NCBI GenBank assembly: GCA_047284725.1 | Contig: JBJBEO010000001.1 | Location: 1,976,203 to 2,040,202 of the forward strand | DNA length: 64,000 nucleotides | Source of the DNA: Synechococcus sp. | GTDB taxonomy: Bacteria; Cyanobacteriota; Cyanobacteriia; PCC-6307; Cyanobiaceae | Direction: 5' to 3' | Shown: positions 20,745-30,657 of the stretch, piece after piece | Position numbering within the stretch: position 1 is the stretch's first letter | How the letters are laid out: the number at the start of each line of letters is the position of its first letter | Translations under genes and position numbers: made by a program | Notes under the pieces: model-generated | The model's input: the letters and a program-made list of their open reading frames with translations, nothing else | Told to the model about the DNA's origin: nothing | Databases searched by the model: none

Positions 20745-21467
20745 ATGAACAAGAGAGCTGGATTACCTGTGAAAGATCCTGAATCGTTGAATCTTTGGGA
20801 ATGGTCGCCCCCTGAGGATGCAAGAACAAATGACCTCGACCAAAAGCCTCTCGATGCAAGAGGGGCGAACTGGAATAACAAAGATTTGGGGACAGCAGAC
20901 TTACGAGAAGCTCAGCTCTGCCGATGCGATATCAGGGGTGCGAACCTCAGTTTATGTCAGCTCGAAGGAGCGGATCTTCGACTTGCACTTTACGACCATC
21001 AGACAAATGTGCCTGAAGACTTTGAACTCCGAACAAGTGGGGCAGTCGGACCCGGCGCAAAACTCAATGGAGCATTCCTCAATAATAGTGATCTACGAAC
21101 AATGGATCTCAGAGGAGCAGTGCTTCTAGGTTCCTATTTGAGTGGAGCTGATCTCAGTGGGGCAATCCTTGACGGTGTCTCCATGGCTGGGTCGGATTTA
21201 CGATCAGCAAACCTGCGAGGTGCCATGTGTCGTGGGACCCGCTTCGGCACCTGCGAAATGCAGATGGTTGACATGAGAGGATGCGATCTAGAGCAGGCCT
21301 CATTGGACACGGTCGAATCGATCAAAGGTGCTGATTTTTCCTTCTGTACTGGGCTGGAGCAAGGGCAAATTGAAGCACTGCTTGCCAGAGATGCAGAAGA
21401 GTTGGATTGCTGGAACCCCTTGACCAGAACAACAACCCGGAAAAGCCTGGAATCGTTACTCGCTTGA
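20745..21467 (+). CDS. Pentapeptide repeat protein
   Basis: Many A(D/N)LxX repeats (ADLRE, ANLSL, ADLSG, ANLRG). Confidence 0.9.
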   Translation: MNKRAGLPVKDPESLNLWEWSPPEDARTNDLDQKPLDARGANWNNKDLGTADLREAQLCRCDIRGANLSLCQLEGADLRLALYDHQTNVPEDFELRTSGAVGPGAKLNGAFLNNSDLRTMDLRGAVLLGSYLSGADLSGAILDGVSMAGSDLRSANLRGAMCRGTRFGTCEMQMVDMRGCDLEQASLDTVESIKGADFSFCTGLEQGQIEALLARDAEELDCWNPLTRTTTRKSLESLLA

Positions 21468-21646
21468 AACTGAGCCTATTGATACAAGGCGAGACCAGAG
21501 AGCCAGGAGTCGCTGGACGACCCATCGCAGACACGGAACTGTCATGTCACGCAACATTAGGACATACTTGATTGAGGTTTATAAAGAAGCAGGCCTCTCA
21601 CGGCGCTTCTGAAGGAGCATGGTCAGGCGAAAACGCGAGTACCTTC

Positions 21647-22531
21647 ATGCCCTTCGGTCCTGCCTCGCTTTTGGGGGTCGAGCGCTTCTCGGACGAGAGT
21701 GAGGCTCCCCTTGAACTGCTTCCCGGTGACGAAGACGCCAAGAAGGAGCAAATCATCCGCGCTGTCTACAAGCAAGTGCTTGGCAACGCCTACGTAATGG
21801 AGAGCGAGCGTCAACTCATAGCTGAATCGCAATTCAAACTTGGTGAGATCAGCGTGCGCGAATTGGTGCGACGCATCGCCAAAAGCGAGCTCTACCGCAG
21901 CCGCTTCTTCGACAGCTGCTCGCGGTATCGGTTTATCGAGCTGGCATTCCGTCACCTGATGGGCCGCGCACCGGAAGACTTTGAAGAGATGCGTGCGCAT
22001 GCCGAACGACTGGATAGCCAAGGCTTCGAGGCCGATATCGATAGTTACCTCGATTCGGCTGACTATCAGAATGCTTATGGCGAATGGACTGTTCCCTTCC
22101 AACGCGGCTGGAAGACCGAATGCTGCACCACACTTCAGGAATTCACTTGGACCTTCAAGCTGCTGCGCGGAAACAGCAGCAGCAGCTTGAAGGGAGACCT
22201 CTCAGGTAAAAGCAGCAAACTTGGGGGTGCTGCCTATCAGAACCTTCCACTCCCAGTGGTTCCACCATCCTCTACACAAACCACTGGTTGGAGCTTCCAA
22301 AGATCCAAGAATCTGGAAGATGCACCGACACGACTTGGTGTTGGTGCCGGTGCTGAAGGCATGAGCTACCGCGTGGAAGTGACTGGGTACAGCGCCAATA
22401 ACGTGCGTCGGATCTCACGCTATACCCGTTGCAACAGGGTCTTTTATGTGCCGTTCGACAAGCTCTCAGAGCAATTCAAACGGATTCACAAGGAAGGCGG
22501 AAAAATCGCAAGTATCACGCCTGTGACCTGA
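21647..22531 (+). CDS. cpeC: Phycoerythrin-I rod linker CpeC
   Basis: MPFGPASLLGVERF N-terminus, linker domain, C-terminal CpcD-like domain. Confidence 0.93.
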   Translation: MPFGPASLLGVERFSDESEAPLELLPGDEDAKKEQIIRAVYKQVLGNAYVMESERQLIAESQFKLGEISVRELVRRIAKSELYRSRFFDSCSRYRFIELAFRHLMGRAPEDFEEMRAHAERLDSQGFEADIDSYLDSADYQNAYGEWTVPFQRGWKTECCTTLQEFTWTFKLLRGNSSSSLKGDLSGKSSKLGGAAYQNLPLPVVPPSSTQTTGWSFQRSKNLEDAPTRLGVGAGAEGMSYRVEVTGYSANNVRRISRYTRCNRVFYVPFDKLSEQFKRIHKEGGKIASITPVT

Positions 22532-22588
22532 GCAATCCAGGAACAAGTATTCAACATCCGACCACTCCAACAACCCCCTCTCTGAACC

Positions 22589-24235
22589 ATGGCTAGCAAT
22601 CAAGTCTCAACCGGATTCGGCGCTGAAACCAAGTGGAGCAGCCCAGTCAGCTTTAAGCACAAAGCGAAGGCGTCCACGAAACCTGCCCTGACGAACGGAG
22701 AGTTCCTCAAACAATCCTGTGATCAAATGAGCACCGGGGTGGGCCCCCGCAGCCATGAAGACTGCCCCCATCGCGTCACATTTGAGTGCTACAGCCCATC
22801 CGATGCCTCAGCACTGAATGAAGTGATCGCCGCCGCCTACCGCCAGGTATTCGGCAACGCCCATGTGATGGACTTCGAGCGTTCAAACGAGCTGGAAGCC
22901 CAGCTTTGCAACGGCGAACTCGACGTTCGCAACTTCATCCGTGGTCTTGCGAAGTCAAGCTTCTACAAAAATCGGTTCTTTGCGGCCGTGGCCCCACAAC
23001 GGGGAATTGAGTTGAACTTCAAACACCTGTTAGGACGCGCACCACACGCTCAATCTGAAGTTTCGGCCAAAATTGCCCTTCAGGCCGAACACGGGCACGA
23101 TGCTCTGATTGACAGCATCATCGACTCTGCCGAATACCTCGAAGTGTTTGGCAGTGATGTCGTTCCTTACGCACGGGCCTGGAATTCCCCAGCAGACCTG
23201 TCAGCAGCAGCATTCCCTATGCTGGCGGCTGTTCAGAAGAGCTTCGCCGGCAGCGATAGTGCCCGAGGCGGAAGCAGCGCACTCACAAGCAGCATGGGTA
23301 GCGGCATCGCACCTCGCATCAGCCTGACTTCTGAAGCAGTAGGTGTACGCCCAAGTGCAAGCTTCACCACCGGCAGGATTGCCAGCAAAGATCCCGGCGT
23401 CACAAGCGGAAAAGATACAGCTCCGATGCGCGGTGATTCGTACGTCTTCTTTGGACTTGGGCAAAGAGAGCAGGAAACGTATCAGCGTTGCCCAGGAGAC
23501 ACCGCCGATCAACTGAGCGCTCTAATCCGAGCCACATACAAACAAGTGATGGGCAACCCCCATCTCATGGAGTTCGAAAGAGCGATTTCCGCTGAAAGTA
23601 AATTCATCGATGGATATCTGAGCACACGCGAATTCGTTCGCGCAATCGGGCTCTCTGCTGAATACAAGAGACGGTTCTTTGAAACCAATGCTCCATACCG
23701 GTTCATTGAGCTGAATTTCAAGCACTTCTTAGGCCGTGCTCCTAAATCTCAAGCAGAGATCAGTGAACACACCCGGATCCTCGCCGAAGGTGGCTACGAA
23801 GCAGAAATCTGCAGCTATGTGGATTGCGAGGAGTACCAAAGCACTTTTGGGGAAGACACTGTTCCGTTCGCACGCATCCTTTCCGAAAATGGGCGTTCAC
23901 AGGTTGCCTTCAACCGCCATCTCAAACTGGCAGAAGGCTATGCAGCGAGTGACACCGTACAAACCAGTTCGGCTCTGGTGACTTCAGTGGCCACTGGCAC
24001 AGTTCCTGGGGGATGGAGCTCCACCACGACACGGATTAACCGCACCGGCACCCAATCTGGGGCAGCCGATCCAACCAAAAAGCGCTTCCGTATTGTTGTT
24101 GCAGCTCAGTCTGCACGGACCCGTCAGCGCACAGCAGGTAGTAGCTACCTTGTGTCGGGGAAGGATATGTCGAGCCAAATGAAGTACATCCATGCTCGTG
24201 GTGGGAAAATCGTATCCATCACTGAGGTGATGTAA
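22589..24235 (+). CDS. mpeD: PEI/PEII double-domain linker MpeD
   Basis: 548 aa; MpeC-like Cys motif, two PBS linker domains, C-terminal CpcD-like domain. Confidence 0.92.
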   Translation: MASNQVSTGFGAETKWSSPVSFKHKAKASTKPALTNGEFLKQSCDQMSTGVGPRSHEDCPHRVTFECYSPSDASALNEVIAAAYRQVFGNAHVMDFERSNELEAQLCNGELDVRNFIRGLAKSSFYKNRFFAAVAPQRGIELNFKHLLGRAPHAQSEVSAKIALQAEHGHDALIDSIIDSAEYLEVFGSDVVPYARAWNSPADLSAAAFPMLAAVQKSFAGSDSARGGSSALTSSMGSGIAPRISLTSEAVGVRPSASFTTGRIASKDPGVTSGKDTAPMRGDSYVFFGLGQREQETYQRCPGDTADQLSALIRATYKQVMGNPHLMEFERAISAESKFIDGYLSTREFVRAIGLSAEYKRRFFETNAPYRFIELNFKHFLGRAPKSQAEISEHTRILAEGGYEAEICSYVDCEEYQSTFGEDTVPFARILSENGRSQVAFNRHLKLAEGYAASDTVQTSSALVTSVATGTVPGGWSSTTTRINRTGTQSGAADPTKKRFRIVVAAQSARTRQRTAGSSYLVSGKDMSSQMKYIHARGGKIVSITEVM

Positions 24236-24317
24236 TTCAGGCAAAAACTCTGAACAATTGGAGCCTCGCAGTAGCAAGGCTCCACAACCTGCCCTTCTCT
24301 CCACTCCCAGATCAACG

Positions 24318-25049
24318 ATGGAAACCACAACACTTTCAGCACCCGCTAATAGCGACCTCGGTCATGCTGAAGAGGTAATTCAGAGCATCTACAAACAGGT
24401 GTTTGGCAATCGTCATCTGATGGAACTGGATGTGAACCAGTCACTTGAGGCCTTGTTCATTAATGGAGACCTGACTGTTCAGGGTTTTGTCACAGCACTA
24501 GCACAATCCGATACATACAAGAAACTATTTTTAGATACCAATAGTGCCTATCGCTTTGTTGAGCTCAATTTCAAACACCTCCTTGGGCGCTCACCCCATG
24601 ACCAAACTGAGCTCAGGGAGCATGTTCGTCGCTTACAAGATGAAGGCTATGAGGCAGAGATAGACAGTTACACATATAGCGAGGAATATCTTGCTTCTTT
24701 TGGAGTCGATCAAGTTCCTTACAACCGTTCTAAGCAGACAGTTGTAGGTGGTAGAACAATCAATTTCACACGATCCAATGCCATGGATGCCGGATTCGCT
24801 GGATTTGATGGCGCAGAGCAGAGCCCGAAGCTGCTGAACAGCCTGACAACTGGAGAGGTCCCAAATATTGTCAATCGCAAGAGTGTTGGTAATGCCAATG
24901 CTTTGACGATTACATGGAGCTCCGGGAAACAGATTGGCGCGAACCGACGTGCTGTACAAAAATCGGTCGTTAGCCAAAGCTCAATGTCTTCCACAATTCA
25001 GAGCATTCTGGCCCAAAAAGGAAAGATCCTCTCTATTGCGAAGGCTTAA
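24318..25049 (+). CDS. cpeE: Phycoerythrin rod linker CpeE
   Basis: PBS linker domain (IYKQVFGN...NFKHLLGR) and GKILSIAKA C-terminus; follows mpeD. Confidence 0.9.
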   Translation: METTTLSAPANSDLGHAEEVIQSIYKQVFGNRHLMELDVNQSLEALFINGDLTVQGFVTALAQSDTYKKLFLDTNSAYRFVELNFKHLLGRSPHDQTELREHVRRLQDEGYEAEIDSYTYSEEYLASFGVDQVPYNRSKQTVVGGRTINFTRSNAMDAGFAGFDGAEQSPKLLNSLTTGEVPNIVNRKSVGNANALTITWSSGKQIGANRRAVQKSVVSQSSMSSTIQSILAQKGKILSIAKA

Positions 25050-25089
25050 GTCTTTCTGGATCACCGCTCTCCTCTACAGCCGAATCTGC

Positions 25090-25126
25090 GATGATTGAGA
25101 TTGGGCAAAATCCATCCTCAATCATC
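25090..25126 (+). other. Intergenic stem-loop without U-tract (possible mRNA stabiliser or attenuator after the linker genes)
   Basis: GATGATTGAG...CTCAATCATC 10-bp perfect inverted repeat. Confidence 0.5.
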
Positions 25127-25175
25127 TCAGAGAAACCAGTTGTAACTGCCAGGCCAGCCTAAAGAGTCACAAACC

Positions 25176-25361
25176 ATGCCAATCCTCAGAAATACAACAA
25201 GCAAACAATCCAATCAAACAGACGAGTTTCAAAATTCTGTTTCTTCAAGCCCCATGGCCATGTCAATGATGGTCGACTCAATGGTGAGCATGATGAAGAA
25301 CAACCTTGATCAAAATCCAGGAGACACACCCGACTCAACAACCAATAACCATGAATATTGA
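25176..25361 (+). CDS. Small Met-rich hypothetical protein upstream of cpeS
   Basis: 61-aa ORF with SSPMAMSMMVDSMVSMM; overlaps the cpeS start. Confidence 0.65.
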   Translation: MPILRNTTSKQSNQTDEFQNSVSSSPMAMSMMVDSMVSMMKNNLDQNPGDTPDSTTNNHEY

Positions 25362-25887
25362 GCAATTCGTTGCTCAAAGCATTGGTGAATGGCGATCGAT
25401 GCGCTCGGGCCACTCACTGGCTTTTCAACAATTCGAAGATGTTTTAAGTGAAATTTCAATCAAAGAGATAGATCAAAAAACTGAATCAATCGCAAACTTG
25501 ATAGAAAAATCAAGATTCTCCTCTGAGTCAGAAATCAAATCCCCATTCACAATGGAATGGAGCGCAGAGAGTGATTGGGAGCCCGATGATCCAAGCGAAG
25601 TATCCAGCGGATCATGCATCATCGTGCCCATACCAAATGATAATCATTCAGGGCATCTTCTGAGAAGCATGGGTTACGCAGAGTCTGTACCAGCAGAATC
25701 AGAATACCGATTCCTCGAAGACGGAACATTTATACTCACAACCCAATACGATCAATCGATTGCAGAGGAGCGAATCTGGTTTTTATCAGACAACTTAAGA
25801 TGCAGATCATCAGTCCTAAAAACTTCAGCAGGCTCTGGCATCTTGCAAACCTCATTTGCATCTGAGGTCAAAAGAATCAGCGCATAA
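25351..25887 (+). CDS. cpeS: S/U-type phycoerythrobilin lyase CpeS
   Basis: FVAQSIGEWRSMRSGHSLAF, EERIWF...LRCRSS, SFASEVK. Confidence 0.93.
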   Translation: MNIEQFVAQSIGEWRSMRSGHSLAFQQFEDVLSEISIKEIDQKTESIANLIEKSRFSSESEIKSPFTMEWSAESDWEPDDPSEVSSGSCIIVPIPNDNHSGHLLRSMGYAESVPAESEYRFLEDGTFILTTQYDQSIAEERIWFLSDNLRCRSSVLKTSAGSGILQTSFASEVKRISA

Positions 25888-25905
25888 AAGACAATCATTT
25901 CAAAA

Positions 25906-26517
25906 ATGTCTCAAGTGAATATTATACGGTTCGCGGAAACACTGGCTGGCATTTATGATAATTTTGCTCAGTCTCAGGCGAATCCAAAAGACTTTGCTCG
26001 CATCAATATTGTATTCAGGCCGTTACCAAGGGATATCTTTAACGGACCAGGATTTTATTCTGAGCAATACTACGACCACTCCCCCTGGGATCCCTATCGC
26101 CAAGGCATCCATCGCCTTACGATTAAAGACAAGACATATGTAATGGAGAACTTTGGATTCCCAAATAAAGAAAGACTTGCAGGTGCTGGACGAGTTCCAG
26201 AACTGCTGGACTCAATTAACAAAGAAAATCTTGAGGCTCGTTGTGGATGCGCAATGCATTTTGTTGAAAGCAACTCAGGCCATTACATTGGTAATGTTGA
26301 GCCTGGGAAAAAATGCCTTGTCCCTAGAGATGGAAAACTAACGTATTTAGTTAGCGAAGTCGAAGTCAATGAGGAGACCTGGATTAGTCGTGATCGAGGA
26401 TTTGATCCAGAGACAGATGAGCCCAAATGGGGATCTGAACATGGCCCACTTCGTTTTGCGAGGATTCAATCATTTTCTGAATTAATAACGGAAGAATGGG
26501 CTAGAAGAGACCCTTAG
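25906..26517 (+). CDS. cpeT: T-type bilin lyase CpeT
   Basis: YDNFAQSQANP, YSEQYY..PYRQ, SRDRGFDP..WGS..GP. Confidence 0.93.
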   Translation: MSQVNIIRFAETLAGIYDNFAQSQANPKDFARINIVFRPLPRDIFNGPGFYSEQYYDHSPWDPYRQGIHRLTIKDKTYVMENFGFPNKERLAGAGRVPELLDSINKENLEARCGCAMHFVESNSGHYIGNVEPGKKCLVPRDGKLTYLVSEVEVNEETWISRDRGFDPETDEPKWGSEHGPLRFARIQSFSELITEEWARRDP

Positions 26518-26520
26518 AAT

Positions 26521-26826
26521 ATGCAAGATAGCCAGAAGCAAATCAAAAGCTGGATACGATCACAACACTTGATTTGCGCAGGGACTGATTTTATTTTTGA
26601 GACGGTAGATCAAACACAACTTGAGAAATTTGAACAGTGTATTGAAAAACTTGGTGGACGGGTGAGGAGTGTAAAAGCAGTGGGTAACTGGCCCATGGGG
26701 CCAAACAGATCCTTTAAAATCCTAAGAGCGATTGCAAGCGTACCTAGGCCAGGAGGGGAAGAACTTGTTACATACTGGGCAAAAAAAGGAAGCAATCAGA
26801 CACGTTACTCAGAGATTAACAGCTGA
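26521..26826 (+). CDS. cpeR: Phycoerythrin operon regulator CpeR
   Basis: WIRSQHLICAGTDFIFET...YWAKKGSNQTRY; follows cpeST. Confidence 0.9.
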   Translation: MQDSQKQIKSWIRSQHLICAGTDFIFETVDQTQLEKFEQCIEKLGGRVRSVKAVGNWPMGPNRSFKILRAIASVPRPGGEELVTYWAKKGSNQTRYSEINS

Positions 26827-26827
26827 T

Positions 26828-27049
26828 TCAATCTTCAAACCAACCCAACCATGTAGGCCTTGAGAAATCACTATGCTTATTCCACTTACGAAGAATAGCA
26901 AGAGGATCCAATGAAAAACCTTTCGCTTGAGCAATAGCTATGATCTCGTCTTGATTACGTGCAGATTTGATCTCATCCCTCAAGGCTTGATCAGAACGCG
27001 CAAGCAATATAAAATTCTCAAGCAACTGATCTTGTTCAGCATCAGACAT
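26828..27049 (-). CDS. Nif11-like domain protein
   Basis: LENFILLARSDQALRDEIKSA...IIAIAQAKGFSL Nif11 pattern. Confidence 0.8.
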   Translation of the reverse strand: MSDAEQDQLLENFILLARSDQALRDEIKSARNQDEIIAIAQAKGFSLDPLAILRKWNKHSDFSRPTWLGWFED

Positions 27050-27082
27050 AAGAATCGGAAGCCAAGTTGATGGTTTGGGGAT

Positions 27083-27379
27083 TCAAGACCGACCGTCTCC
27101 AGCACCCTCCATTAGCATAGCCCTCCAGGAAGACAGTTGGCGAAATGCCCACGACCAGTGACCAGGATCAGCCAGACGAATGGACTCTTGAACGGCACTT
27201 GACTGATTCAGCAAATCCTGCTGATGCAAATCAGACCATTCTGAAAGCGTAAAGTCAAATCCCTGCTGTTGTCCATAGGCAATGATTTGTTGATGCGTAG
27301 TGAGGGGCTTGAGCCCAGTAGCCAACTCATGGGAGCGGACCACAGAATCAACAAAACGAGTTAACTCATGAGAAGACAT
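27083..27379 (-). CDS. Nif11-like domain protein
   Basis: MSSHELTRFVDSV...IIAYGQQQGFDFTLSEW; start overlaps the upstream stop (TGATG). Confidence 0.8.
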   Translation of the reverse strand: MSSHELTRFVDSVVRSHELATGLKPLTTHQQIIAYGQQQGFDFTLSEWSDLHQQDLLNQSSAVQESIRLADPGHWSWAFRQLSSWRAMLMEGAGDGRS

Positions 27380-27699
27380 CAGCAACTCTCGATCCAAACA
27401 GCAAAATTTGCTTTTTTACAGATTAGTTGCAAGACCAACGGCCCACCAGGACAGCGAAGTAGGCGCCAGGGAATCTCTTGACTCGTAACTCCAGAATTCA
27501 CAAGAATCTTAGGAGGCAGTGTTGCCTGCTCCAAAGGGATCACAGCAGCTCCTGTCAGCGTCGGATCAGCCGACTGAACGAGATTACGGAGGGCTTCAAT
27601 ATCTTCAACCTGGTTCAACTGATCCTGAAGCGCAGATTGAGAAACAATTGAATCCACAAAACGATGCAGAGCTTGCTCCACCTCAGCCGAGACAGGCAT
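27379..27699 (-). CDS. Hypothetical PE-II-region protein with Nif11-like N-terminus
   Basis: ALHRFVDSIVSQSALQDQLNQVED followed by a WRLLRCPGGPLVLQLIC C-terminal domain. Confidence 0.75.
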   Translation of the reverse strand: MPVSAEVEQALHRFVDSIVSQSALQDQLNQVEDIEALRNLVQSADPTLTGAAVIPLEQATLPPKILVNSGVTSQEIPWRLLRCPGGPLVLQLICKKANFAVWIESC

Positions 27700-27819
27700 A
27701 AAACAGAAAGAATCTATACGCTACATTAGCAGACACAAGGCATAATCCCAAAACGCCAGCGGAGTGGCAGAAAACAGTAAGATGCCAAAGGCATTTTTAG
27801 AAAACAGCTCACATCGATC

Positions 27820-29016
27820 ATGGCTGAACGATTCGATATTTTATTCGAAGGTCTATCAGAAGAGAAAGCGTTAGAGTTACTGAGAACCAATCCTGAAGAT
27901 CTCTCCAATCCCGTCGAGAAATACACAGCCGCTACAAGGCTGGCTGCCAGTCGTAGCGAGCAATCTCTGGAAGGCTTGATTGAAGCCATTCAACTAGATC
28001 CAGAAAATCTATTCAACCGGATCACAAGGCGAAAAGTGCTGGAAGCACTGGGGAGGAGAAGAGATGCCCGTGCTTTGCCTGCACTTTTTACAGCTCTCGC
28101 GTTCGACGACGAAACATCGGTGATCAACGCGGTGGATTCGATTGCACAGATTGGAGCAGCTCTCAACAGCAATCAAAGCCAGAAGCTTCTTTGTGCACTC
28201 CGTGGCAGCGACAACCAGAAGCGTTCTGTGATTCAAACCCACACTCGTCTTGGCCTGGCCGGCGGTGAAGAGGAAATAGCAGCCCTTGAACAGGAGGAGA
28301 ACCCGCTCGTGGCCGGAGCAGCACGTGCTTACGCAGCTAGGGTTCACGGTCGATTGGATCGACTCGTACCGTTGATCCATCAACTGACGGATTCCATTGC
28401 TGGAAGACGGCGGGCGGCTGTGATCGACCTGGGTGATGCCGGGGACGTCAGCATGCTTCCCCATTTAGTGACATGCCCGGTCTCAATGCCTTTGCGGGCA
28501 AAAAGTGCCTTTCAGCTCGTCGATCCAGAAAAGACGGGGACGGTTCCACCAGCACATAGGGATCTCATCATTCAACTCCTGCAAGATGACCCCGCAATGC
28601 TTTCACTTCAAAAAGACTGGATCTGCAGCAGCAACTTGACGGAAATTGAAAAAAATTTACAACATAGAGACGAAGGGAAACAATATGGAGGGGCATTAAG
28701 CCTCATGAATATGCCCCAAAAGCTGCAGATTGAGACAATTGATCAACTCCGCTCTCGATACTGGAGTGATTACGGAGCCAACTATCTCTTGACAGCAGTT
28801 GTTGGCCTGAAAAACGTTCAAGAGCGCAGTGATGTCGTACGCACCGCATTGGCGGAGACACTGCCGCAGTACGCGAAGTCACGCGTTGCGGCCGCTTGGG
28901 CATGCCTGAGACTCGGACTGACAGACCAAGTGGAACTTCTCAGGGACATTCAAAACACTGCGACCTGGATACCACTCAAATGGAGCTGCGAACACGCCCT
29001 TAAAGGCTTGTCATAA
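27820..29016 (+). CDS. mpeY: E/F-type PE-II lyase of the MpeY/Q/W/Z family, MpeY-like
   Basis: 398-aa HEAT-repeat protein (MAERFD...) immediately upstream of mpeB; Y318-G319. Confidence 0.85.
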   Translation: MAERFDILFEGLSEEKALELLRTNPEDLSNPVEKYTAATRLAASRSEQSLEGLIEAIQLDPENLFNRITRRKVLEALGRRRDARALPALFTALAFDDETSVINAVDSIAQIGAALNSNQSQKLLCALRGSDNQKRSVIQTHTRLGLAGGEEEIAALEQEENPLVAGAARAYAARVHGRLDRLVPLIHQLTDSIAGRRRAAVIDLGDAGDVSMLPHLVTCPVSMPLRAKSAFQLVDPEKTGTVPPAHRDLIIQLLQDDPAMLSLQKDWICSSNLTEIEKNLQHRDEGKQYGGALSLMNMPQKLQIETIDQLRSRYWSDYGANYLLTAVVGLKNVQERSDVVRTALAETLPQYAKSRVAAAWACLRLGLTDQVELLRDIQNTATWIPLKWSCEHALKGLS

Positions 29017-29173
29017 ATACTGCAAACGCTGCGCTTTGCTTCCCGGAAACGACAGGCCCATTCGGTTCCAATTTTTTTTACATTTCGCGCTGGGCTCACT
29101 TTTGCAAACTTGTGTGTCCTCACATTCCGGTTCAGGCTCGTGGGCCAGCAACCAGGGGTACTGTCATTCGTGA

Positions 29174-29749
<576 letters not shown>

Positions 29750-29792
29750 ACCAAGTCTTTTTGATCGTCCAACCCTAACTAGCTTCTAAATC

Positions 29793-30290
29793 ATGAAGTC
29801 CGTCATCACCACCGTTGTCGGCGCAGCCGACAGTGCATCCCGCTTCCCCTCCGCCTCCGACATGGAGTCCGTGCAGGGTTCCATCCAACGCGCTGCTGCC
29901 CGTCTGGAAGCTGCTGAGAAGCTGGCCTCCAACTACGACGGCATCGCTCAGCGTGCTGTTGACGCTGTGTACGCCCAGTACCCCAACGGCGCCACCGGCC
30001 GCCAGCCTCGTAAGTGTGCCACCGAAGGCAAAGAGAAGTGCAAGCGTGACTTCGTTCACTACCTGCGTCTGATCAACTACTGCCTGGTCACCGGCGGCAC
30101 CGGCCCTCTGGACGAGCTGGCCATCAACGGTCAGAAGGAAGTCTACAAGGCTCTGAGCATCGACGCTGGCACCTACGTTGCTGGTTTCGCCAACATGCGT
30201 AACGACGGTTGCGCCCCTCGCGACATGAGCCCCCAGGCTCTGACCGCCTACAACACCCTGCTGGACTACGTGATCAACTCCCTCGGCTGA
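29793..30290 (+). CDS. mpeA: Phycoerythrin II alpha subunit
   Basis: 165 aa with Cys75, Cys83 and Cys140, diagnostic of MpeA. Confidence 0.97.
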   Translation: MKSVITTVVGAADSASRFPSASDMESVQGSIQRAAARLEAAEKLASNYDGIAQRAVDAVYAQYPNGATGRQPRKCATEGKEKCKRDFVHYLRLINYCLVTGGTGPLDELAINGQKEVYKALSIDAGTYVAGFANMRNDGCAPRDMSPQALTAYNTLLDYVINSLG

Positions 30291-30330
30291 TCTTTCAGCT
30301 TAGCTGTTAATCACTTCGGCAATGTGAATT

Positions 30331-30360
30331 GGGTGGGCAATACTGCCCACCCTTTTTTTT
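30331..30360 (+). terminator. Rho-independent terminator of mpeBA
   Basis: GGGTGGGCA-ATAC-TGCCCACCC followed by T8. Confidence 0.9.
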
Positions 30361-30657
30361 ACCGCTGGAATGAGTTCAAAACCAATCAAGCTATTCAGCT
30401 TCGAAAGGTATCAGTCCATGCCAAGAGCATTGCCGGAATAGAGGCGTGAGCCAAAACCGCCAGGGCAAAAACTCCCTTATCAAACAATTAGCCAGTTGGC
30501 TCTAGTACATAAAACAAGTGTTGACAGCAAAAAGCTACCTAGAACAAGTTCTTGATGCTGCAACCTTTGTCAATGACGTAACTCTTGAGGTGCATACACA
30601 ACAGCATTGATCAGGAGTGAGTCCCGACAAAAAGTAATTCTCATCCCAATTCTCATC

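Noticed and set aside
26828..27699. Possible lanthipeptide/RiPP precursor cluster
   Set aside because: No double-glycine site, no Ser/Thr/Cys-rich core, and no modifying enzyme or transporter nearby.
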